DNA from: an uncultured delta proteobacterium | Lineage (GTDB): Bacteria > Desulfobacterota > Zymogenia > Zymogenales > Zymogenaceae | Direction: 5' to 3' | Assembly: GCA_963735595.1 (NCBI GenBank) | Contig: CAVTLK010000005.1 | Coordinates: forward strand, 800,001 to 864,000 | Length of the DNA stretch: 64,000 nucleotides | Part shown: positions 20,448 through 31,224 of the stretch, piece by piece | How positions within the stretch are numbered: position 1 is the first letter of the stretch | How the letters are laid out: each line of letters starts with the position of its first letter | Position numbers and translations under genes: made by a program | Notes under the pieces: model-generated | Seen by the model: the letters and a program-made list of their open reading frames with translations, nothing else | The model's database searches: none | What the model was told of the DNA's origin: nothing

Positions 20448-23400
20448 ATGCACCGGGTTTTGATTGTCGACGACTCCGAGCTCTTTTTAGCGCAGCTCAC
20501 CGAAGAGCTGGGGTCGCTGGGCTACGAGGTCGCCGGGGTGGCCCGTTCCGGCGCCGAGGCCGTTGAGGCGGCGCGCCGGCTTACCCCCGATATCGTCCTC
20601 ATGGATATCCTCATGCCCGGCGATCCCGACGGCATCGACGCCGCCCGCGCCGTCAGGGACCAGCTCGACATCCCCGTCATCTTCCTCTCGGCCTCCGAGG
20701 ACGACGCCGTCATCAAACGCGCCTGCGCCGCGCGCGCCTACGGCTTTTTATCCAAGCCCGCCGGCGGCGCCGAGCTCAAGGCCTCCATCGAGCTCGCGCT
20801 CGTCAACCAGTCCACCCAGGCCGGCATCAACGAGACCATCCGGGACGTCGTGGAATACACCAACGACCTCATCTACGTCGTCGACGGGCAGGGCACTATC
20901 AAATACGTCAACCAGCAGATCCTCGGGTTCAGCGGCTATACGAAAGGCGACGTCCTCGCCAATTCCTTCGCGTCCTACCTCACGCCGGGGTCGGTCACAA
21001 AGGCTGTGGAGGTCTTCAAGCGGCAGGTCAGGGGCGAAGACGTCGGGCCGTTTGAGCTCGAGTTTATGGACCACTCCGGCGCCGTGCGGGTGGTCGAGAT
21101 ACGCGAGCGGGCGGTGTGGAAAGACGGCAGGATCGTGGAGGTCCACGGGATCGGGCGGGACGTCACCGACCGCAAGCGGGCCGAGGCCGACCTCACCGCC
21201 GCGCGGGAGCAGTATCGCCTGCTGGCGGAAAATGCGGCCGAGGGCATCGCCGTCGTCCAGGACGGCGTGATCAAATACGCCAACCCCGCGCTCCACACAA
21301 TGGCCGGCTGCCCGAAGGGCGGGCTGGCGGGCCTGCCGTTCATCGGCTTTATCCACCCGGACGACCGGGAAATCGTCTTCGAGACCCATACGCGGGTCCT
21401 CGCCGGAGATGACGACCCGGCCCCCGTGACCCGGCGCTACCTCGACTGCGGCGGGTCGGTGCACATCGTCGAGAACGCCTCGATGCCCTGCACCTGGGAG
21501 GGGCGGCCCGCGGCGATCGTCCTGATCAACGACGTGACCCAGGCGCGGCTCGCGGAACAACTCCTCACGACCCAGCGGGACATCGGCGTATTCCTGGGCA
21601 CGGCCGACGAGCTTGACGGCGCAATGTCCGTTGTCCTGTATCGGCTGCTCGAGATACCGGGGCTCGACTGCGGCGGCATCTACCTGGTCGAGGAGCCGGG
21701 CGGGCCGCTGCGGATGGCGGCCCACCGGGGGCTGAGCACGGAGTTCGTCTCGCAGGTGGAGTTCTTCGACGCGGGGTCTCCCGAGGCCGGGGAGGTCAGC
21801 GCGGGCGGGACGATCCTGTTTTCCGCGGCCGAAATCGAGGCCGACCCCAACTTCGAGTACCTGCGGGCCGAAGGGATCACGCATCTCGTGGTGGTGCCGG
21901 TCCTCTTCGAGGGAGCCGTGGTCGCCTTGGTCAACGTCGCGACCCACGAAAAGGAGGCAGTATCCGCCCGCGTCGTGGCCGCGGTGGAGGATATCGCGGC
22001 GCGGCTGGGCAGCGCGATCAGCCGGCTCAGGGACCGGGAGCTGCTTGCCGAGTCGGAGAAAAAATACCGGACGCTCATCGAAAACGCGAAGGAGGGGATC
22101 GTCGTCGTGCAGGACGGCCGTATCAAATATATCAACCCGACGGGGGTGCGCATCAGCGGCTATCCGCCCGAGGAGCTGGTCGGCCGGCCCTTCGGGGATC
22201 TGATCTACCCGGAGGACCTCGAGGGGGTGGCCGCGCGGTACGCCCGCGAAATGGCCGGCGAAACCCTCCGGGAGCCGAACGCGTACCGGGTGATCTGGAA
22301 AGACGGGACGGTACGCTGGACCGAGGGGATCGGGGTACCCATCGAGTGGGAGGGAAGGCGGGCGTCGCTCTCGTTCATTGAGGATATTACCGAACAGAAG
22401 CTCGTCAAGGACGCGCTCGTCGAGTCGGAGCAGAAGTTCCGCGGCGTCTTTGAGACCTCGCGGGACTTCATGTACATCGCGGCGCTGGACGGGACGATCC
22501 TTGACTACAACCGCTCGGCCAGGGAGTTCTTCGGCTACACCGAAGAGGAGATCGCGCAGCTGAACCTGAAAGACATCTACGCCTACCCCGAGGAGCGGGA
22601 ACAATTCGTACAAAAGGTGATCAGGGACGGCTTTGTCGAGAACTATGAAATCAAGCTCAAGAAGAAAGACGGCTCGCTTATCGACACGCTGGTAACAGTG
22701 GTACCCAAGAAGGACGCGCAGGGGGAGGTCATCGGCCTGCAGGGCTCCGTCAAGGACGTCACCCAGATGAGAAGGCTGGAGCGCCGGCTCGTACAGACAG
22801 AGAAGCTCACGAGCCTCGGCACGATGGTATCCGGCATCGCCCACGAGTTGAACAACCCCCTGACGGCGATCATGGGCAACGCCGAGATGCTCACCACGTT
22901 CACGGAGCTGCCGGAGGAGGTGGTGCGGAGGCTGGAGACGATCGCCAAGGAGTCGCTGAGGACCTCGAAGATCATCAAGGGCCTCCTCTCGTTCGCGCGC
23001 GAGCACAAGCCGGAGCGGCGGCTGATCAGCGTCAACGAATCCATCATGGAATCCTATAAACTCCGGGAGTATAACCTGAAGGTCAGCGATATACGGGTGG
23101 AGCTTTTGCTGTCGCGCGAGCTATCCCCGACGTACGGCGACCCCTACCAGCTTCAGCAGGTGTTCGTCAATATCATCAACAACGCGACGGACGCGCTCGC
23201 GGAACGGAAGGGCGCGACGCTCACGATCAGGTCGCGGCAGCAGAGGGGCTGGCTGGTTGTCGAGTTTGAGGACAACGGCCACGGGATAGAGCCGGAGAAC
23301 CTCAAGCGGATCTTTGATCCCTTCTTTACCACGAAGGAGGTCGGCAAAGGCACGGGGCTGGGCCTTTCCATGGCGTACGGAATCGTCAACGAGCACGGGG

Positions 23401-23888
23401 GGACGATAGAGGCGGTAAACGTCCCGGCCGGGGGGACGATATTTACCGTCTCCATACCCGTGACCGGGGCGCCGGCCTCCGACGGCAGGACCGCCGAGGT
23501 TCCCCGGATCGGGGTGCACGCCGGCAAACATATACTGGTCGTCGAAGACGAAGCCCATCTCCGCGATCTCTTCCTGGACGTTCTGGCGGAGCGGGGCTAT
23601 AACGTACTGGCCGCCTCGGGGGCCGACGAGGCCATCGGGCTCATCAAGGAACGGGACTTCGATGCAATAATCACCGATATCAAGATGCCCGGCCCCGGAG
23701 GTATCGGGCTGTACCGGTATATCACCGATCAACACCCCGGCCTGACCGGCAGGATAATCTTCATCACCGGAGATATACTCGGCGTGGAAACGAGGTCGTT
23801 TCTTTCCACGACCGACTGCGCCTATCTTGAAAAGCCGTTTACCGTAAACGACCTGTTGAACGTGCTGACGACCGTCCTGGCGCGGTAG
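20448..23888 (+). CDS. Hybrid sensor histidine kinase REC-PAS-PAS-GAF-PAS-PAS-HisKA-HATPase-REC
   Basis: LIVDD/LMDI receiver, PAS repeats, IAHELNNPL, DPFFTTK, GTGLGL, C-terminal receiver. Confidence 0.95.
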   Translation: MHRVLIVDDSELFLAQLTEELGSLGYEVAGVARSGAEAVEAARRLTPDIVLMDILMPGDPDGIDAARAVRDQLDIPVIFLSASEDDAVIKRACAARAYGFLSKPAGGAELKASIELALVNQSTQAGINETIRDVVEYTNDLIYVVDGQGTIKYVNQQILGFSGYTKGDVLANSFASYLTPGSVTKAVEVFKRQVRGEDVGPFELEFMDHSGAVRVVEIRERAVWKDGRIVEVHGIGRDVTDRKRAEADLTAAREQYRLLAENAAEGIAVVQDGVIKYANPALHTMAGCPKGGLAGLPFIGFIHPDDREIVFETHTRVLAGDDDPAPVTRRYLDCGGSVHIVENASMPCTWEGRPAAIVLINDVTQARLAEQLLTTQRDIGVFLGTADELDGAMSVVLYRLLEIPGLDCGGIYLVEEPGGPLRMAAHRGLSTEFVSQVEFFDAGSPEAGEVSAGGTILFSAAEIEADPNFEYLRAEGITHLVVVPVLFEGAVVALVNVATHEKEAVSARVVAAVEDIAARLGSAISRLRDRELLAESEKKYRTLIENAKEGIVVVQDGRIKYINPTGVRISGYPPEELVGRPFGDLIYPEDLEGVAARYAREMAGETLREPNAYRVIWKDGTVRWTEGIGVPIEWEGRRASLSFIEDITEQKLVKDALVESEQKFRGVFETSRDFMYIAALDGTILDYNRSAREFFGYTEEEIAQLNLKDIYAYPEEREQFVQKVIRDGFVENYEIKLKKKDGSLIDTLVTVVPKKDAQGEVIGLQGSVKDVTQMRRLERRLVQTEKLTSLGTMVSGIAHELNNPLTAIMGNAEMLTTFTELPEEVVRRLETIAKESLRTSKIIKGLLSFAREHKPERRLISVNESIMESYKLREYNLKVSDIRVELLLSRELSPTYGDPYQLQQVFVNIINNATDALAERKGATLTIRSRQQRGWLVVEFEDNGHGIEPENLKRIFDPFFTTKEVGKGTGLGLSMAYGIVNEHGGTIEAVNVPAGGTIFTVSIPVTGAPASDGRTAEVPRIGVHAGKHILVVEDEAHLRDLFLDVLAERGYNVLAASGADEAIGLIKERDFDAIITDIKMPGPGGIGLYRYITDQHPGLTGRIIFITGDILGVETRSFLSTTDCAYLEKPFTVNDLLNVLTTVLAR

Positions 23889-24038
23889 CCCCCGATGGGG
23901 GAAACAGGGGTATCCCGCATATCTTCTCTTGCTTTCCGTACCCTATCCGGTATAATACCTTTCGGATAAGCACCACGGGCAACCTCCGGCATCTGTGCAC
24001 GGCTCGTCCCATCCCATAAAGTAGTCGAGGGAATAGAG

Positions 24039-24103
24039 CGTCACCCCGCGAAGCAGGCTTCGCGGGGTCCCCGACGAAGACCCCCTCGCTCCCCGCAATG
24101 ACA
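24039..24103. repeat. Short CGTC-tagged palindromic element variant
   Basis: CGTCA start, perfect hairpin ACCCCGCGAAGC-AG-GCTTCGCGGGGT, CGCAATGAC end like the 14545 and 60294 elements. Confidence 0.55.
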
Positions 24104-24155
24104 GTTAGTGCCGAGGAGTGCTTGATATTTTGTCATTTCATCCGAGGAGTAGACC

Positions 24156-25264
24156 ATGAACGGCGCCGAAAGACTCTTGACCGCGCTTAAGCGCGGAGTG
24201 CCCGACCGCGTCCCCCACATGGAGCTTGCCTATAACGAATCGTCCATTATCGGCATCGCCAGGCACTTCACCGACAACGTGCCTGCCGTCAACTACTTCC
24301 AGCGGATGAGCGTGGAAGAAAAGATCAAGCTCTTTGACGCGCTGCTGTTGATCATCGACGAGCTGGACGTGGACGGGGTGACGCTGCGTATCCTGACAAA
24401 GACCGTGGATGTCGACGAGAGCCACGTCCGCGACAGCTGGGGGGTCACGTACCTCCTTTCGCCCGCGGGCGATTCCCCGGTGGTCTCCGGGCCCATCAAG
24501 ACCGAGGCCGACCTGGCGGCGTATGCCCGGCCCGATGTCACCGACGCCGATCTGCTGTCGCTTGCCTACGGCGGCGCCAAGGTCAAGGGGAAGCGCGGGG
24601 TGGTGATGGCGCTGCGCTGCTCGTTTCGGCTCTCATGGAGCCTCATGGGCGGCCTCCAGTATTTGCTGATCGCCTATCGGAGGAACCCTCAAGCTCGTCC
24701 ACCGGCTCATGCGGATGACCACGGACTATCTCATCGAGGCTGATCGACAAATCGGCGTCCCTCGGGGCCGATATATTCGCCATGGACGGCGACCTCGCGT
24801 TTGACAGCGGCACGTTCATGTCCCCGGTGCAGTTCCGCGAATTCGTCAAGCCCTATTATATCGAAATCGTCAACGCCGCCCACCGCCACAACATCCCCAT
24901 CGCCAAGCACAGCGACGGCGACCTCAGGCCGATTTTGCCTGACCTGGTCGAAGCAGGGTTTGACGGCATCCACCCCATCCAGCCCCAGTGCATGGATCTC
25001 GGCGAGATCAAGCGGGACTACGGAGATAAGGTCTGCCTCCTGGGCAACGTCGACTGCATGTACGTGCTCACGCGCGGCACCGAGGCCGAGGTCGTGGCCG
25101 ACGTGAAACGGGCGCTTGGGCAGGGGGCCGCCGGGGGCGGCTATATTATCACCTCGTCAAATACCATCCATCCGGACGTAAAACCGGAGCACTACATCAC
25201 GATGGTCAAGGCAATCCACAAATACGGTATCTATAACGGCACCACGCTAAAGCCCGCCGGCTAA
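24156..25264 (+). CDS. Uroporphyrinogen decarboxylase family (MtaA/CmuA-like) protein, frameshift near 24690
   Basis: PDRVP, KHSDG, GIHPIQP, LLGNVD, GGGYII motifs. Confidence 0.85.
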
Positions 25265-25576
25265 GGCGGGCGCGCGGCCTTCGGAGATTGCCCCGCGTCC
25301 AAACGATCGGTGCGGCCCCGGCGCGGACGGGCGCCCCGGCCCGAGATCGGCCCGTCCCGCGCCCGTATTGCCCCGCAGCCTTCCCCTCTACACATGTATC
25401 CCACATGAATGCGCAAATACCGGCATTTTAGCTTTCGTGTGAGCCGGAACACCGCTTTGCTAATTTTTTCTGGCAATTTACCTAATATCTGGTATTATTG
25501 GTACAAATGTCCACCTAACTAATACTATATCAGCGTCAGGGCGCCCTCAGCACACATCCGGTTTTTGGCAGTGACT

Positions 25577-26955
25577 ATGGAAACGACGATCCTCATCATA
25601 GAAGACGACCAGTTCTTCAACAAATTCCTGTCCGAGTCCCTGACCGACAAGGGCTACCGGGTGCACGCGGCCAAGACCGGGGCCGAGGGGCTCGAGATCG
25701 TGCAGGCGTTGCGGCCGGACCTCGTGCTCCTGGACCTGATGCTGCCGGACGTCAGCGGACTTGAGGTCCTCGAAAAAATCAGAGAGACCTACGAGACGCC
25801 CCAGGTCATCATGCTGACCGGGCACGGCTCCATCGAAACGGCCATCGAGGCGATAAAGCTCGGGGCCAGCGACTACCTCACCAAGCCGATCCGCGAGGAC
25901 GAGCTGATCCTCTCGATAAAGAAGAACCTCAAGCACCTGGACCTCATTCGGGAGATCGAGTACCTCAAGGAGGCCGATCGTAAGAAATTCAACTTCAACT
26001 ACCTGGTGGGCCGCTCGCCAAAGATGAGCGAGGTCTACCGGCTGGCGCTGTTCGTGGCCCAGTCCGACACGGCAACGGTGCTCATCGAGGGGGACTCGGG
26101 GACGGGCAAGGAATACCTGGCCCGGTTCATCCACTACCGCTCCGCGCGGGGCGACGAGCCGTTCGTCGAGATCAACTGCGCGGCCATCCCCGAAAACCTC
26201 ATGGAGACCGAGCTCTTCGGGTACGAGCCGGGGGCCTTTACCGACGCCCGGGTACGCAAGCGGGGCCAGTTCGAATTGGCTTCCAAGGGTACGGTCTTTC
26301 TGGACGAGATCGGGGAGATGTCCGTTTTCCTCCAGGCAAAGCTGCTGCGTTTTCTGGACACGATGACCTACAAGAGGGTGGGGGGCACCACCGATATCAA
26401 GCTGGATACCCGCGTGATCGCCGCGACCAACAAGGAGCTGGATCGGGCGGTGGAGAACGGGGAATTCAGAAAAGACCTCTATTTCCGCCTCAAGGTGATG
26501 CACCTGAAGCTGCCCAGTCTCAAGGAGCGCAGGGAAGATATAGAGCTGTTTGCCGCGGTGTTCCTGGAGGAATACAGCAAAAACCTCAAGAAAAAGGTCG
26601 AGCGGGCTTTTCCGACTCGGCCATGGAGTGGCTCAACAACTATCCCTGGCCGGGCAACATCAGGGAGCTCAGGAACATCGTCGAGCGGGCGGTCATCGTT
26701 TCCGACGGCCCGACCATCAATACGAGGCACCTGTCCATCGATGCCAACGGCAAGGCGCCGGTCGATTCCCCGGTACCCCCGGTTATCCCCGAGGAGGGGG
26801 TGGACCTAAACGAGATCGTGGACCGCGTCTCCACCGATCTAATTTCAAAGGCGCTGGCCCAGACCGGGGGCAACCGCTCCAAGGCGGCCCGGCTCCTCTC
26901 CATCCCCCGCCAGGTGCTGCTCTACCAGATGAAGAAGCTCGGGATGGATCGATAG
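25577..26955 (+). CDS. Sigma54-dependent response regulator (NtrC family), frameshift near 26605
   Basis: REC domain, GDSGTGKE, GAFTDA, FLDEIG, WPGNIRELRN, Fis-type HTH. Confidence 0.92.
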
Positions 26956-26998
26956 GTGTTGCTGCACGGCGGAATGAACTAATTCGTAAGGAGGAAGT

Positions 26999-27631
26999 AT
27001 GAGCGGTCTTAACAACCCCCAGGCAACCGAAGCCGCCCTGAGTCTCCTCAGGAGCGGGGACCCGTTCCAGTGGTACGTGATCACGCTGCTGGCGCTGGTG
27101 GTCTACGTCTATTTCAGGGAGATCAAGAATAAGAACTGGAAGGGGATCGCCGCGGGCCTTTCCCTGTACATGGTGCACTGGTTTGTCGAAATCGTCAACG
27201 CGCTGGTCCAGCATTTCTCCGGCCACGCGCTCTGGACTGTCCCGACGGGGACGGCCTTCTTGATCCTGGTGGGGGTTGGCGTGGAGCTCTCGCTGATGTT
27301 TATCATAGCGGGCCTCGTATTCTCGCTGATACTGCCGGATGATCCGAAGGTGAAGGTGCTGGGAGTGCCCAACCGGCTCTTCTTCGCGGTGACAAACGCC
27401 GCCTTTTTCTCGATCTTCGAGATATTCCTGGCAAAGACACCGGCCTTCGTCTGGGTCTATCCCTGGTGGGGGGCGGTGCCGGTCTTTATCACCGTTTATA
27501 TCCCGTTCTTCGTCGTTTCGATGTACAGTTACGACTGGAAGCCCAAGACCCAGAAGACGGTCATCGGGACCATGTTTGCGGTCAACGCCCTTATGCTGAT
27601 CGTATTCGCGGGAATCCTGAAGTGGATCTAA
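26999..27631 (+). CDS. Hypothetical multi-pass membrane protein
   Basis: AAGGAGG RBS, ~6-7 hydrophobic segments, codon usage like the neighbours. Confidence 0.7.
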   Translation: MSGLNNPQATEAALSLLRSGDPFQWYVITLLALVVYVYFREIKNKNWKGIAAGLSLYMVHWFVEIVNALVQHFSGHALWTVPTGTAFLILVGVGVELSLMFIIAGLVFSLILPDDPKVKVLGVPNRLFFAVTNAAFFSIFEIFLAKTPAFVWVYPWWGAVPVFITVYIPFFVVSMYSYDWKPKTQKTVIGTMFAVNALMLIVFAGILKWI

Positions 27632-27655
27632 CGGCCAAGCGACCGTAACGATACT

Positions 27656-27686
27656 ACGGGCGGGAGGGGTTGACCTCCCGTCCGTA
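27656..27686. terminator. Hairpin terminator between convergent genes
   Basis: ACGGGCGGGAGG ... CCTCCCGTCCGT followed by a T-rich tail. Confidence 0.6.
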
Positions 27687-27748
27687 TTTATTCCGCCAAT
27701 GTAATTCCGCCCGTTTGTCCCATTCCCTTTTCGCACATGCCGCCGCGA

Positions 27749-28507
27749 CTATTCGGTCGAAACGGTAATCCGGTCAATGATGTCCTTTGCAGTCGTGAGG
27801 CCCGTGAGGTCGGGATTGAGGCTCGCGTCGCTCCCGTCAGGGCTCCCGTGCCCGACGGGGGTAAGCTCCCACGTTCCGGGTCCCGAGGTGAGGTCGACGG
27901 TTGCCGCATACACGATCGACGGCTGACCGCTGCCCCAGCTGCCGCCGGAGTAGCTCGGCGTGCCGGGCAGGGCGTCTGCGGAGTAGGCGTCGTTGAAGTC
28001 CGCCGAATTATTGACCTCGGCAAGGACAACGAACTTCAGAAGCTCCTGAGGGGTCTTCGTCCTGAGATGAAAATCTCCCTTGGGGCTGGCGGCGGTGACG
28101 GCGTCCGTAAGGGGGTTATCATGCGTGGGCATAAACAGCCCGTCCGGGTAGACAACGCCCCGCTTGTGCGACCAGAGCGGGAGTGATTCGGGACGCCTGA
28201 TCGATTCCGCGGGAAGGTCGGGCGACGTACGCCACGCCTGCGTTCCCGCCCTTTTTGTAACGTACAGCGTGTCGATGTAGTTTCCGTCGATGTCCTCGAG
28301 CCAGACGGCTATCTGGGGTGTGGTCTTGATCGTGATAATGCGGTTGATCTTGAGGGGGTGCTTATAATGAGCACCGGCCTCGAAACGCACGGAGATTTGC
28401 CTGCCAACCGCGTCCGGCTTCGTGACGATGACGACGTCATCGTTGGCGCACGCCGAAGCGGCAAACAACGACAGGGCGAAAATGGAGAGATAAAGGATTC
28501 TGTTCAT
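27749..28507 (-). CDS. DUF2271-like exported protein (possible lipoprotein)
   Basis: Signal ending ASAC; PQIAVWLED, YIDTLYVT, SLPLWSH, DAVTAAS and GQPS motifs. Confidence 0.7.
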   Translation of the reverse strand: MNRILYLSIFALSLFAASACANDDVVIVTKPDAVGRQISVRFEAGAHYKHPLKINRIITIKTTPQIAVWLEDIDGNYIDTLYVTKRAGTQAWRTSPDLPAESIRRPESLPLWSHKRGVVYPDGLFMPTHDNPLTDAVTAASPKGDFHLRTKTPQELLKFVVLAEVNNSADFNDAYSADALPGTPSYSGGSWGSGQPSIVYAATVDLTSGPGTWELTPVGHGSPDGSDASLNPDLTGLTTAKDIIDRITVSTE

Positions 28508-28581
28508 TGACTGTATTCCTCTATTCATGGTATTTGCATACGGCCGAAAGACGCGGCGTTCGGACACGCCGCGCGCGACTG

Positions 28582-29157
28582 CTATAGGGCGCGGCCGATT
28601 GATTCGGCCCGCCGGATCACCCGTGGCGGGATGGTATCCATCGTCCGGGTGTTGCCCAGCATAATCGTCCCGACAACCCGCATTCCCGCCGATTTAAGGA
28701 CTACTGAGACGCTCCGGACGGCCCCCCGCGCGCTCGAAGACAAGAGCTTAAGGGGCCAGGGGGCCGACGAGGCGGTGACGATCACGGCCCGCTTTCCCTT
28801 TAAGAGGGGCCTGGGCAGGCTCATCTTCTCGGTTTCGATGTACTCAAGCGTCGTAACGATGCGGTCAAATAGGGCCTTGAGTGGCGCGCTCATGTTTCCC
28901 CAGTAGGTGGGGGTTCCGACCACGAGGACGTCGGCGGCGGTAATCTTTTCCGCGATTGCGTGGGCGTCGTCCCGGGGCAGGGCGCAGGGTTTGTCGGGAC
29001 GGCACTTCATGCAGCCGAGGCAGGGCTTGATCGAGAGCCCGTAGACGTCGATATGCTCTACCTCGTGGCGGCCGTCGGCCCCGGCCGCAACGGCGGCGAG
29101 CAGCCCGGCGACCTTCCCCCTGCGCTTCGGGCTCGCGTTCAGTACCAGTATCTTCAT
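28582..29157 (-). CDS. Flavodoxin-like / iron-sulfur flavoprotein (NADPH-dependent FMN reductase family)
   Basis: LNASP, CLGCMKC...C, GTPTYW, KALFDR. Confidence 0.85.
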   Translation of the reverse strand: MKILVLNASPKRRGKVAGLLAAVAAGADGRHEVEHIDVYGLSIKPCLGCMKCRPDKPCALPRDDAHAIAEKITAADVLVVGTPTYWGNMSAPLKALFDRIVTTLEYIETEKMSLPRPLLKGKRAVIVTASSAPWPLKLLSSSARGAVRSVSVVLKSAGMRVVGTIMLGNTRTMDTIPPRVIRRAESIGRAL

Positions 29158-29173
29158 TGCTATCTCCTCTCTG

Positions 29174-29779
29174 TTATATATCTTTCTTCGGGGCAAGGCC
29201 GGCCAGAAGGAGCTGGATCATCCTCTCTGCCAGCGGCGTGATGTCTTCCCAGAACCGCGGCATCAGCCGTTTGTGGAGAAAGAGCTTGATCACGCCATAC
29301 ATGAAGGCAAGGCCCATGGCGGTGTCGATCTCCACGTCATCGACGGAAAGCTCGCCGCTTTCCTTGCCGCGCGCGATGATGTCGTACCCGTGCCGGTTTG
29401 CCTTGTAGTAGCGGGCCAGCCGCTCGTCGGTAAGGTCGGTTGCCGGGGGGAGCTTATCGAAGATGAGATCGGCCATGCCCGGGTTGGCGAGGTACCAGCC
29501 GATGAAGGCGCGCATCAGGTCGGTCAGCTGCTTCGTGACCGGGTCGGCCTTGTTGACGGCGGCAGACAGGATCGTATCCAGGTCGTCGATAATGTCGAAC
29601 TTAACGGCCTCAAAGAGCTGGACCTTATTTTCGTAGTAGTAGTAGATCGCCGTGGGGGTGACGCCGCACATGGCGGCGATCTCCCGCATGGTGACCGCGG
29701 AGGGGTCTTTTTTGGCGGTCAGCTCTAGCACTGCCTTCCTGATGGCGGCTATCAGCTCGGGATTCTCGGGTCGGGTCAT
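29174..29779 (-). CDS. TetR/AcrR family regulator
   Basis: TMREIAAMCGVTPTAIYYYY HTH. Confidence 0.9.
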   Translation of the reverse strand: MTRPENPELIAAIRKAVLELTAKKDPSAVTMREIAAMCGVTPTAIYYYYENKVQLFEAVKFDIIDDLDTILSAAVNKADPVTKQLTDLMRAFIGWYLANPGMADLIFDKLPPATDLTDERLARYYKANRHGYDIIARGKESGELSVDDVEIDTAMGLAFMYGVIKLFLHKRLMPRFWEDITPLAERMIQLLLAGLAPKKDI

Positions 29780-29842
29780 GGTCGCCTCTCTGCAGTCTTT
29801 CGGAAGGAGAGCGCCGAAAGAGTTATCTTATGGCAGTAAACT

Positions 29843-29886
29843 TAACACTGTTACAATTACTATACTCCGTTATATGGTGGTGTCAA
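29843..29886 (-). promoter_or_regulatory. Sigma70 promoter plus palindromic operator for the tetR-flavodoxin-DUF2271 unit
   Basis: Minus strand TTGACA (29886-29881)-16 bp-TATAGT (29864-29859); TAACA-C-TGTTA palindrome at 29843-29853. Confidence 0.7.
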
Positions 29887-29947
29887 GGATTATTTTCAGT
29901 CGGAGGCAAAAGAATGCGTAAAATGGGCGCGTAGAGGGAAAGAGAGA

Positions 29948-29969
29948 GGGGACGCCCGGGCGTCCCCTC
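29948..29969 (-). terminator. Intrinsic terminator after the strictosidine-synthase-like gene
   Basis: Palindrome AGGGGACGCCCGGGCGTCCCCT with a pyrimidine tail on the minus strand. Confidence 0.6.
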
Positions 29970-29999
29970 CTGCATGTTATCGGAAAAGTAACCGACGAA

Positions 30000-31085
30000 C
30001 TACCGCTTCGGCACCGGTATCCTGCCGACGGCGTCCTCGGAGAGACTCCCCATCAGGAGCGTCCCGTCATACTCCATCACGTTGGTGATCTGCCCGAAGG
30101 TCCCCGTCGGGTCCTGCAGGTTGAAAACGACTGTACCGGACCCGTCGATTCCCAGCACGAACCCGTAGTTCTTCGGTGCGGGCATAAGCGCCGGGGGCAG
30201 CCGACGGATTATCTTCCTCACGAACGGGTGGGGAAAGAGCACGGTATCGGCCAGGGTGTCGCGCGGGGAGACGATAGTCACCCAGAATACCCCGTCCGTA
30301 CCCGTGGCAAGACCGTCGGGGAACCCCGGCAGGTTATCGATCAGGACTTCGGACGTCCCGGTATTTGGGCCGGAGAGGGCGACCTTCAGCACGCGGTACA
30401 TCCCCATCTCGGCCAGCAGCAGGAACGAGTTGTCCGGGGCAACGGCTATCCCGTTGGGGAAGTAGAGACCGTCGAGGACCACCCTCGTCTCTTTGCTGGC
30501 GGGGTCGTAGGCAAGGAGCCTCCCGTTGGGGCGGTGCTCCAGGAGGTCGTCCATGTAGGCGTCGTCGGTGAATTTGCTCGAAACGTCGGAGAAATAAATA
30601 ATTCCGTCCGGGGCGATGCCCATGCCGTCGACGTTCTTGAAGGGGACGCCGCCCGCCTCCGTGGTCAGCACGGCGATCGTGCCGTCCGGTGCGACGGACT
30701 TCAGGCCGTATTGTCCGTTGCAGACGATGAGGTTACCCGCTTTGTCAAAGCCGATACCGAGGGGCCATCCGCCGATCTCGACGAAGACCTCGGGGTTGGC
30801 GCCGTCCTTGTCGTAGCGGATGATCCGGCCGTCTTTTGTGCCGGCATAGATGCGTCCGTCGAGGTCGACCGCCACACCCTCAAGCGCCGACCCGGTGTTA
30901 GATTCCAGTCTTTCCACTTTTGAGAGGAGGTCGTTTGGCTCGTACGGGCCGGAAGGGTCGGTAAGGTCGGGGGCGGCCGGCGGCACGAACGACGTGGGGT
31001 CGATCGGGACCGGCCAGAACAGGAGATAGGCAAAGAGGAGGATCACGACGCCGATAATGGAAAACGCGATGGGATGTTTCTTCAT
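30000..31085 (-). CDS. SMP-30/gluconolactonase / strictosidine synthase family protein
   Basis: N-terminal anchor, IYFSD, GRLLAYDP, LYFPNGI, NLPGFPDG beta-propeller motifs. Confidence 0.85.
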   Translation of the reverse strand: MKKHPIAFSIIGVVILLFAYLLFWPVPIDPTSFVPPAAPDLTDPSGPYEPNDLLSKVERLESNTGSALEGVAVDLDGRIYAGTKDGRIIRYDKDGANPEVFVEIGGWPLGIGFDKAGNLIVCNGQYGLKSVAPDGTIAVLTTEAGGVPFKNVDGMGIAPDGIIYFSDVSSKFTDDAYMDDLLEHRPNGRLLAYDPASKETRVVLDGLYFPNGIAVAPDNSFLLLAEMGMYRVLKVALSGPNTGTSEVLIDNLPGFPDGLATGTDGVFWVTIVSPRDTLADTVLFPHPFVRKIIRRLPPALMPAPKNYGFVLGIDGSGTVVFNLQDPTGTFGQITNVMEYDGTLLMGSLSEDAVGRIPVPKR

Positions 31086-31224
31086 GGGATGACTCCTGAA
31101 ATAGGATAAAGAGCTCCCACGTATTATATATTCGTCGGGCCGGATCGGCAAGGCAAATTACGCCGACCGTCGGAGGGGCGGGCAATGAGTCCGGTCCCTT
31201 TTTTCGCAGGGGAAGGGGTGACCG

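Noticed and set aside
20748..23006. 752-aa minus-strand ORF and similar long antisense ORFs
   Set aside because: Antisense shadows of high-GC genes, with no motifs of their own
26215..26250. GAFTDA instead of GAFTGA as evidence for a sigma54-independent regulator
   Set aside because: GAFTDA is a common natural variant and retains the key F-T residues
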